From: Telmatocola sphagniphila
GTDB taxonomy: Bacteria > Planctomycetota > Planctomycetia > Gemmatales > Gemmataceae
NCBI RefSeq assembly: GCF_018398935.1
Contig: NZ_CP074694.1
Span: 4,020,001-4,052,000, forward strand
DNA: 32,000 bases
Direction of reading: 5' to 3'
The first letter of the stretch is position 1. Every line of letters begins with the position of its first letter. Position numbers and translations under genes: made by a program. The notes under the pieces are model-generated. The model was not told the origin of the DNA, made no database searches, and was given only the letters and a program-made list of their open reading frames with translations. This document shows positions 25,554 to 32,000 of the stretch, piece after piece.

Positions 25554-26306
25554 TCAGGCAGCGAACTTCGATTCCTCATCATCCTCCAGACGGTCGCTTC
25601 GCCGCTTACGATATCGGCTCAGTCGGCCCTGGCCGTTCTCTTCGATATGGAACAAGGGCAGGCCTATCCCCCAAATGATTGCCGCAAATCTCAAACCTCC
25701 GACCGTTACTATGCCCAATCCGGAAGCAATGTGACTATCCATTCCTGCGGCTTGCAAGCCCAGATAAAGCGTCGCTCCCACCAGGGCCGCCGTGGCGTAA
25801 AGTCGGCCACCACGCATAACCAGGGGAATTTCGTTGGTCATCACATCGCGGATAATACCGCCGGCACACCCAGTGACCACTCCCATCATGGCGGCAAGAA
25901 TTCCGCCATGACCAGCCTGTTCGGTGATCTGCACTCCGACGATGGTGAACACGGCCAGACTCAGGCCGTCGCCGGTCAGAAGCAATTTTTGCGGGGGAGG
26001 CCAGATCCGAACGTAGATCAAAGTCAAAAGAGCGGACAAAATGATCACGTAAAGGAAGATGGGATTTTCCACCCAGAAGATTGGATGGCGATTGAGTAAA
26101 AGGTCCCGGATGGTTCCGCCGCCCACCGAGGTGACGATCGCGATAACCATCACGCCCATGAGATCGAGATTTTTGCGACCGGCAATTAAAACGCTACTTA
26201 TGGCCGCGATTGATACACCGCTGATCTCCATAATTCTCAGAATCGTCATCGCCAGTCTCAATATGCGCAGTTTTTTTGAGGTCGCTATCAGGGAGGACAA
26301 GTCCAC
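25554..26306 (-). CDS. TRIC/UPF0126-family membrane protein (YadS/YicG-like cation channel)
   Basis: Two UPF0126 repeats carry the signatures VGGGTIRDLLLN and CAGGIIRDVMTNE. The true start may be the ATG at 26249 (MTILRIMEISG...) and not the GTG at 26306. Confidence 0.85.
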   Translation of the reverse strand: MDLSSLIATSKKLRILRLAMTILRIMEISGVSIAAISSVLIAGRKNLDLMGVMVIAIVTSVGGGTIRDLLLNRHPIFWVENPIFLYVIILSALLTLIYVRIWPPPQKLLLTGDGLSLAVFTIVGVQITEQAGHGGILAAMMGVVTGCAGGIIRDVMTNEIPLVMRGGRLYATAALVGATLYLGLQAAGMDSHIASGLGIVTVGGLRFAAIIWGIGLPLFHIEENGQGRLSRYRKRRSDRLEDDEESKFAA

Positions 26307-26341
26307 CCGTCGGGGGTTCGCGAGAAATTCCCTGATTGGCC

Positions 26342-26370
26342 CTTATGAGGGCGCCAGCCATTTCTGTCAA
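26342..26370 (-). promoter_or_regulatory. Candidate sigma-70-type promoter for the TRIC-family gene (TTGACA, 17-nt spacer, CATAAG)
   Basis: The minus strand reads cTTGACAgaaatggctggcgccctCATAAGg. The -35 is perfect, the spacer is 17 nt, and the -10 matches 4 of 6. Confidence 0.35.
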
Positions 26371-26405
26371 GTCCGTTCGAGAGGCAACGGATACGGAATT
26401 TCTCT

Positions 26406-27143
26406 CTACTCCGGTTTTGAGGGCGCGGGAAGCGAAGACGAAAGTCCGGCCAACTCGGTCAAGAGGGTCGGATTTCCCGTGAAAGGCTTCTTACCGGTCT
26501 GAGCCCAAATGATGATTCCCTGGGAATTAATCACGTAGGTGCCATGAATTTCCCATTCTTTGCGGCCCTCACCGGCCGGGGCATAAACGCCGAATTTCTG
26601 GGCGATCAAATGATCCGGATCGGTTAGGACGGGAAATTTAAATCGGCCGTATTCCGCATAGCGTTCCTGCGTCAACTGGATCGGATCGGAACTCACGGCC
26701 AGAACTTCCGCACCGGTTTCACGAAAGTAATTGTAATCTTCATTGAGACCAAATAATTGACTGACGCAATGGTCGCACCAATAGCCCAGGTAAAACACCA
26801 ATACTACAGGTCCTTTTTTCAACTTCTCGCTCAATCGAACATCATTGCCGTCAGCATCCTTTAAGGTGAAATCGGGGGCCGGCTTACCCAGCAGCGGGTG
26901 AGCTTGCGTGGCGACCAGCTTCTCTCGATTGGATTCGATCAACTGGGTAAGGGTGCCGCTCAAAGGCATCGGCTTCGTTTCGCGAAGATCCATCTGCGCC
27001 ATCTCGGCGAGGTTCTCCTTACCGATGCGCGTGAACCACATCACACAACCCATTGCCACCAAACCCAAGATGATCCAACAGACCGCCTGGGGAGAGGAAC
27101 TCCGACAAGGAGCGCAATAGTCCGGATCTTCAGATGTTCTCAT
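26406..27143 (-). CDS. Membrane-anchored thioredoxin-fold protein (redoxin/AhpC-TSA family, WCDHC active site)
   Basis: N-terminal TM helix CWIILGLVAMGCVMWF. Redoxin domain: GKPAPDFTLKDADGNDVRLSE...GPVVLVFYLGYWCDHCVSQL. Confidence 0.8.
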   Translation of the reverse strand: MRTSEDPDYCAPCRSSSPQAVCWIILGLVAMGCVMWFTRIGKENLAEMAQMDLRETKPMPLSGTLTQLIESNREKLVATQAHPLLGKPAPDFTLKDADGNDVRLSEKLKKGPVVLVFYLGYWCDHCVSQLFGLNEDYNYFRETGAEVLAVSSDPIQLTQERYAEYGRFKFPVLTDPDHLIAQKFGVYAPAGEGRKEWEIHGTYVINSQGIIIWAQTGKKPFTGNPTLLTELAGLSSSLPAPSKPE

Positions 27144-27649
27144 GATGTAGGCCTCGCACAGGCGCGACTATCTTTCTGGTATTGCCACCAAACGGCTATC
27201 AAAGGCAGGAACACCACAATACAGATCGCTCCGATCTCGGTAGCACTCAATTGCGATATCGAATGGTGGTGTTCTGCGGATTTTGGCTTGCAACAGGGAC
27301 CGGGAGTGAGGGGTGCAATCAGCGGCACGACACTTTTACCCTCATCGATGAACTGAACCAGGATCGGCGGTACGGGTTCGCCGCCATGGTTGAACTCGAC
27401 TCGACAATCCAAAGTGTTCGGTTTGGGACATTCCACCCGGCCGTTTTCGTCTGTCTCGCCCTCGGCCCATAATTGTCCATTGGGCAGAAAGATCTTCAAC
27501 TTGCAAGGCAACGGGCTGCGATCTTCTTTAATGATGCGAATGCTGAGAAAACCGTTCTCCAGAGTGAATGTGGCTTCCGGACCTTCGGCGCGTGCGGAGA
27601 AAGGGGCGAATAAAAAAAGAACAACAGCAGCAATTATTCTCGACCGCAT
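27140..27649 (-). CDS. Exported protein with a carboxypeptidase-regulatory-like beta-sandwich, a Cys-Cys/His3 linker and a C-terminal TM anchor
   Basis: Signal peptide MRSRIIAAVVLFLFAPFSARA. The segment KIFLPNGQLWAEGETDENGRVEC resembles the CarboxypepD_reg signature. It also has PGPCCKPKSAEHHHS and the TM helix IGAICIVVFLPLIAVWW. Its stop overlaps the downstream start (ATGA at 27143-27140). Confidence 0.6.
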   Translation of the reverse strand: MRSRIIAAVVLFLFAPFSARAEGPEATFTLENGFLSIRIIKEDRSPLPCKLKIFLPNGQLWAEGETDENGRVECPKPNTLDCRVEFNHGGEPVPPILVQFIDEGKSVVPLIAPLTPGPCCKPKSAEHHHSISQLSATEIGAICIVVFLPLIAVWWQYQKDSRACARPTS

Positions 27650-27737
27650 TTCCGCGCATCCTAAAGAGATTTCCTTTCTTTAGTATACGCAAATGGAGCT
27701 GGCTCCGAGAAAGCGAAAGAGTTCTGGACGCAAATTT

Positions 27738-30152
27738 TTATGAGAGCATCAACGGCAAAGACGGTTCGTTATTGAGGAAGGACGTAATTGAAGCCTGTGG
27801 ACGAGCCCGACTGACCAGTACATCCTCTCGCCCAGTCTGTTCTGTCTGAGTCGAAGCGAACAAGGGCGTTACAGTTGCGATAGTCGCTGGAACGGATGCG
27901 ATCTGAACGCTGTTACCCGAGGCATTGAAATAGTTCACCGAACCATCGTTGGTCGTCGCTACGATCTTGGCGGTCCCGGTTGAGGTATTAGTGGTGACAT
28001 TGACACCGGTTGAATTGCTGCCGAATGCCATGAAACTAAGCGTCAGGACCGGACTACCGCTGATGATCGAAAATGCTTCGATGTGACTGGCCCCCAAAGC
28101 AGAGCCGGTGATGATGGAAGCCTTGCCATTACCACTGATATTCCCTGCCGCGACGCTGACGCCACCTATGTAACCAGCGGCATAAGCGTAGAAGCTTACC
28201 TGGGGATTGGGGTTGGTGGAGTTGGAGACATCGAACACCTTCACGTGTCCCTGCGTTCCAAATCCCGAACCGGTAATGATTTCGTCGTAGCCACTACCCA
28301 TCACATCCCCGGCAGCGACGGAAATGGCCCCATTGTAGCCGGGGTAGGTCAGGAAACTGCGCAGCAAAGTCCCATTGTTTCCATCGAAAACCTGGACGTG
28401 TCCACCCCCTCCCAAACCGGCTCCAACAATAATTTCCTGAGTGCCATTACCCAGTACGTTCCCGAGTGCCACACTCACTCCTCCCAGGAACGAGGGATCG
28501 AAAGCGTAAAAGGAGAATTTCAGACTGCCCGTCGAGGGGTCGAATACCTGAATCAGAGGGGGACTGCCGTAAGCTCCGGCGGAAATTTGTAGCACCGAAG
28601 ACCCGTAGTAATAATCAGAGGTTTGACCGCTGGTGCCGTTTCGATTTTGGTCCAGACCATTCCCGGCCAGATCCTTCGCGGCATTATTGATCACCAGGTT
28701 GTAGCGTCCGCCTACAGTTCCGTTGGCGAAATGAATGTCGAATTGCGTGTTATTCGAACCGGCCACCGCCGTGATCGAAGTAATCGGTACGGTACTGCCG
28801 TTGGGCGAGGTAATACTGACTGCATTCTGCAAGGAAGCGATGTTGATCGCCGAACTGAAAGTTACCCGTACGTTGTTCAAATTGGTGACCGCACTCCCCG
28901 AGAAAACCGACGACGTGACATAAGGGCCACTGACGGTGGGGCTGGAGGTTACCGGTGCAGAACTGGACATACTGGCCGCGACCGCCTTAGCGAGATCGAG
29001 TTTGCCACCGGTTTTCACTTTTCCTTGAAGGCCGGCAACAGGATCGACGTTCTGCTCAATGTCTGCAATGACTTGCTGGTAAGTCCAGTTGGGATGCAGA
29101 CTATAGATGAGCGCCACGGCGCCGGTCACAAACGGTGCCGCCATGGAAGTGCCCGAGTAGTAGGCATAGCCGCCATTGAGCGTGGTACTCAAAATGCTGA
29201 CGCCGGGAGCGGCCAGATCCACAGTATTCGGACCGTAATTCGAAAAACTGGCCAGGTTATTATTGGAGTCGATGGCCGCGACTGTAATGACGTTGCTGTA
29301 GCTATAACTGGCGGGATAGTCGGGATTGGTGTCGATATTCGTACCACTGTTTCCGGCGGCAGTGACGATGATCACACCATGATTTTGAGCATTTTGTATG
29401 GCGGCTGCCATTCCGGGGTCGTAAGCTCCGCCGGAGAAGCTCATGTTCACGACTTTGGCGCCATTGGCCACGGCGTAGTTCAGAGCACGAATCGCGTTAC
29501 TCATCTGACCGTTGCCCGAAGAATCGAGAAACTTCAGAGCCATGATCTTAACGTTCCAATCGACTCCGGCGACACCGATGCCATTGTTTCCCACGGCTCC
29601 GATAATCCCGGCCACGACGGTACCATGCCCGTTGTCGTCCATCGGGTTGGCGGTGTTATTCAAAAAATTGTAGCCCAGGCCCGACCAGATGTTACCGGCC
29701 AAGTCGGGGGCGTTGTAGTCGACGCCGGAATCAATGGTCGCCACCAGGACACTTTGAGCGCCTGTGGTTATCGACCAGGCACCCGCCGCGTTGATATTCT
29801 GCAAAGCCCACTGGCTGCTGGAGTAGGGATCGTTGGTGATGCTGGCGGCCGCCATGGTCACGGTATAGTCGGGTTGGGCAAACGTAACATTCGAATCGGC
29901 CCAGTAATAGGCCAGAGCCTGCTCGACGTTGAAGCTACTCTTGAGATCGATTCGATATTCGCCGTTGCCGAGATCGACGGCATCTTGGGCGGGAGTTCCA
30001 AAAGTAGCCGGGGAATTCGTCCAACCCACGATGATCGAATGGGGATCATAAGGAGCTGAATTGATCAGCGAGATGGGTGTGGCTGCGCTTAAAAGATCGC
30101 GTGCTTCAAGAGCTTCCACCCCCAGAGGACGGGTGGTCTGTGGGATTCGCAT
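27738..30152 (-). CDS. Secreted subtilisin-like serine protease (peptidase S8) with C-terminal FG-GAP/VCBS-type repeats
   Basis: N-terminal motif PLGVEALEARDLLSA. Catalytic triad contexts: VATIDSGVDY (Asp), DDNGHGTVVAGIIGA (His) and YSGTSMAAPFVTGA (Ser). The C-terminal region has repeats such as GNVLGNGTQEIIVGAGLGGGGHVQVFD, GDVMGSGYDEIITGSGFGTQGHVKVFD and GNISGNGKASIITGSALGASHIEAF. Confidence 0.9.
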   Translation of the reverse strand: MRIPQTTRPLGVEALEARDLLSAATPISLINSAPYDPHSIIVGWTNSPATFGTPAQDAVDLGNGEYRIDLKSSFNVEQALAYYWADSNVTFAQPDYTVTMAAASITNDPYSSSQWALQNINAAGAWSITTGAQSVLVATIDSGVDYNAPDLAGNIWSGLGYNFLNNTANPMDDNGHGTVVAGIIGAVGNNGIGVAGVDWNVKIMALKFLDSSGNGQMSNAIRALNYAVANGAKVVNMSFSGGAYDPGMAAAIQNAQNHGVIIVTAAGNSGTNIDTNPDYPASYSYSNVITVAAIDSNNNLASFSNYGPNTVDLAAPGVSILSTTLNGGYAYYSGTSMAAPFVTGAVALIYSLHPNWTYQQVIADIEQNVDPVAGLQGKVKTGGKLDLAKAVAASMSSSAPVTSSPTVSGPYVTSSVFSGSAVTNLNNVRVTFSSAINIASLQNAVSITSPNGSTVPITSITAVAGSNNTQFDIHFANGTVGGRYNLVINNAAKDLAGNGLDQNRNGTSGQTSDYYYGSSVLQISAGAYGSPPLIQVFDPSTGSLKFSFYAFDPSFLGGVSVALGNVLGNGTQEIIVGAGLGGGGHVQVFDGNNGTLLRSFLTYPGYNGAISVAAGDVMGSGYDEIITGSGFGTQGHVKVFDVSNSTNPNPQVSFYAYAAGYIGGVSVAAGNISGNGKASIITGSALGASHIEAFSIISGSPVLTLSFMAFGSNSTGVNVTTNTSTGTAKIVATTNDGSVNYFNASGNSVQIASVPATIATVTPLFASTQTEQTGREDVLVSRARPQASITSFLNNEPSLPLMLS

Positions 30153-30588
30153 GGTGCCTTCTCAGGGTGATAATCTGCATAAACTTTGACGGTCGGCTAA
30201 ACTTAACCGGTGGTTGCTAAAGTGCTTTGCGCCGGGGTTCTGCCATCTGCACGCTCCATGCTAGTTTGAAACGTTTTAGCCGTCAAAAGGAAAGAACCGG
30301 TAGTGCCGTCCGGGATAAGTCTCTGGTGGTCGGACAATCCGCAGAAACGCCAAGGTCGAACTGTTCCTAAAAGAATGTTGCGGTTTGGTTTAAAGAAATG
30401 AATTAAGCGAGTTCGCACACACTAAAGCAAGGACATCGGAAAGGATGTGCGATTCCCAGAGTATTCCGCAGGGATAAGTTACGATTTAGCTACGCAACGC
30501 CGTATTTGGAAAAAGGGTTGAGAATTTATGTCGGCGGGTTGGAAAATGCTGGAAATAAAAGTTATCCGGTACACTATCATATCCTACC

Positions 30589-32000
30589 ATGAGCGACGCC
30601 GGGACTCTTCAAGATTCGTACCGCCACTGCTGGAGGGTGGTTCAACAGGCGCGGAGCAACTTTGGTTTTGCCTTTCTCATTCTCCCCCGATCGCAGCGCC
30701 GGGCCATGCATGCGATTTATGCCTTCATGCGTATTACCGATGACATTGGGGACGATTCCGTCACAGCGGAAAAAGAATTGTCGTTGAACCTGTGGGAACA
30801 GCAATTCGAAAGCATGCTGCGTGGGGAGTATCATCACCCGATCCACCCCGCCCTTCACGATACTCTGAAGCGTTATCCGGGTATCGATCCGCAGTGGTTC
30901 CGAGAGGTATTTGCCGGAGTTCAATCCGATCTGGCCCCAAAAAGTTATTCCAGCCTGCAGGAGTTGAATCAGTACTGCTATCAGGTGGCCGGGGTTGTGG
31001 GTTTAATCTGCCTGCCGATCTGGGGTTGCGCTTCGAGATTCGCCTATCCACTGGCCATCGCCGCCGGGCAAGCATTTCAGCTGACGAATATCTTGCGGGA
31101 TCGCGATGAAGACCAGCGGAATCAACGTGTGTATTTCGATCCTTCGCGAATTGCTCTTGCGGATCTGGAGACACAAATCGAAGAGGATTATCGGAAAGCC
31201 CTGGGGTTGCTGCCGTTACTGCCACTACCCGGTCGAGCCATATTCGAAGTGATGTGGAACACCTATCATTCGATTTTTCTGAAGTTGAAATCGCGAAATT
31301 TTGAACCGGGATCAAGACCACGAATTTCGAAAACCCGCAAACTGGCGATTTTTGCCCGGGCACTGCCGACTCGATTGGGTTGGTCCATAGTCGTCCCGAA
31401 AGCTCAAAAAAAAGATCTCCTGAAACACCCTCCCCAACCCAAATCCGTGCTTGTGCTTGGCGGCGGCCTGGCGGGACTCTCCGCGGCCGTGAAACTTGCC
31501 AGCTCCGGCCATCAGGTCACCTTACTGGAATCGAAAAATCGGCTGGGGGGACGGGCGGGTTCTTTTCAGGATGCGATTAGCGGCCAGAAAATCGATGCCT
31601 GCCAGCACGTCACCTTGGGCTGCTGTACCGCCTTCGCCGAGTACTGTCGCATTACAGGAACCGAAGAGTTGCTCGAAAAGCAGAGCGAGCTCTATTTCCA
31701 GGCTTCCGATCGCCGCGTCGATATTTTTAGCGGGGATGCTCTTCCCGCGCCTTTTCATCTGGGCCGGGCCTTCCTGCGGTTGCGATTTCTGACAGCTCTG
31801 GAAAAGATCCAGGTAGCCTATGGGCTTTCGCATCTGGTCAGAAAGTCCGCACAGCAAGATCCTCCTTTTTTGCCCTGGCTAAAAGCGCATTATCAATCTC
31901 CAAGGACCATCGAAAGATTCTGGAACGTGGTTCTGGTCAGTGCGCTCAATATGCGTGTGGAAGAAGTCGGGCTGAAATATGCTCGCAAAGTCTTCCGGGA
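30589..32000 (+). CDS. Squalene/phytoene-synthase-family domain (HpnD-like) continuing in frame into an FAD-dependent amine-oxidase-family domain (HpnE-like); partial, runs off the right edge
   Basis: My own translation from the ATG at 30589 gives MSDAGTLQDSYRHCWRVVQQARSNFGFAFLILPRSQRRAMHAIYAFMRITDDIGDD... (first Asp-rich motif), then ...AFQLTNILRDRDEDQRNQRVYF (second motif). After ...RKLAIFARALPTRLGWSIVVPKAQKKDLLKHPPQPK comes SVLVLGGGLAGLSAAVKLASSGHQVTLLESKNRLGGRAGSF (dinucleotide-binding GxGxxG). I saw no stop codon in this frame (checked codon by codon over 31201-31575). The ORF is missing from the track because it has no stop in the window. Confidence 0.75.
   Translation, partial: MSDAGTLQDSYRHCWRVVQQARSNFGFAFLILPRSQRRAMHAIYAFMRITDDIGDDSVTAEKELSLNLWEQQFESMLRGEYHHPIHPALHDTLKRYPGIDPQWFREVFAGVQSDLAPKSYSSLQELNQYCYQVAGVVGLICLPIWGCASRFAYPLAIAAGQAFQLTNILRDRDEDQRNQRVYFDPSRIALADLETQIEEDYRKALGLLPLLPLPGRAIFEVMWNTYHSIFLKLKSRNFEPGSRPRISKTRKLAIFARALPTRLGWSIVVPKAQKKDLLKHPPQPKSVLVLGGGLAGLSAAVKLASSGHQVTLLESKNRLGGRAGSFQDAISGQKIDACQHVTLGCCTAFAEYCRITGTEELLEKQSELYFQASDRRVDIFSGDALPAPFHLGRAFLRLRFLTALEKIQVAYGLSHLVRKSAQQDPPFLPWLKAHYQSPRTIERFWNVVLVSALNMRVEEVGLKYARKVFR

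Noticed and set aside
28623-30059. 478-aa plus-strand ORF
   Set aside because: It is antisense to the S8 protease gene, which has its catalytic triad on the minus strand. The plus-strand product is Gly/Arg/Val-rich with no motifs, so it is a shadow ORF.
30203-30418. 71-aa minus-strand ORF in the protease/hpnD intergenic region, and similarly the 79-aa ORF at 13906..14145 (-)
   Set aside because: No RBS, odd composition, no recognisable motifs, and both overlap repeat or hairpin elements. They are probably non-coding.
30504-30520. TGGAAA-N5-TTGAG upstream of the hpnD-like gene as a sigma-54 promoter
   Set aside because: The near-invariant -12 GC dinucleotide is GA here. The spacing is right, but the key base is missing.
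1-32000. tRNA/rRNA genes, transposases, integrases, restriction, toxin-antitoxin or other defence genes
   Set aside because: A visual scan of the intergenic regions found no T-loop (GGTTCGAATCC-like) or cloverleaf candidates. None of the translated ORFs shows nuclease, recombinase or helicase motifs. A proper tRNAscan-SE, Infernal and DefenseFinder run would be needed to be certain.

Overview
The window looks like an ordinary chromosomal segment of a Planctomycetota-type genome. The taxon call rests on a PSD1-type protein (PSCyt/DUF1549/DUF1553), a DUF1501 protein, and secreted proteins with the N-terminal LE-x-LE-x-R motif. I can support about 30 protein-coding genes.

Genes in order:
- PSD1 protein, truncated at the left edge
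- YeiH-like transporter plus a coupled 60-aa membrane peptide
- secreted beta-helix/DUF4214 protein
- membrane-anchored SRPBCC protein plus a DUF1772-like protein
- DinB-family protein
- His-rich COG0523 (CobW-like) GTPase
- DUF1501 protein
- VIT1/CCC1 transporter
- membrane-anchored hypothetical protein
- ECF sigma factor, RsrA-like ZAS anti-sigma factor and exported thioredoxin-fold protein
- Met/Lys/Asp-repeat lipoprotein
- sigma-54 activator (NtrC type)
- Hsp20
- PAS hybrid histidine kinase
- class II cytochrome c
- small membrane protein
- 47-aa DUF2256 zinc-ribbon ORF (too short for the ORF track)
- DevCAB/MacAB-like ABC efflux operon
- TRIC/UPF0126 channel
- coupled exported-protein/redoxin pair
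- S8 subtilase with FG-GAP repeats
- squalene/phytoene-synthase-like ORF (HpnD-like) that reads in frame into an HpnE-like FAD-oxidoreductase domain, at the right edge

The ORF track omits both edge-truncated genes and ORFs shorter than 60 aa. I found no rRNA, tRNA, CRISPR array, transposase, integrase or recognisable defence genes.

The signals that ORFs do not explain:
1. A ~302-bp tandem duplication in a 794-bp AT-richer gap (2391-2992), with nested helices. This is a candidate structured RNA or MITE-like element.
2. Two well-spaced sigma-54 promoter matches flanking the kinase gene, next to a sigma-54 activator.
3. A lipoprotein made of KMDDGKMKD repeats.
4. The in-frame HpnD-HpnE fusion, which has an A8 tract in its linker.

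I cannot demonstrate a new multi-gene system from sequence alone. These four are leads, not claims.
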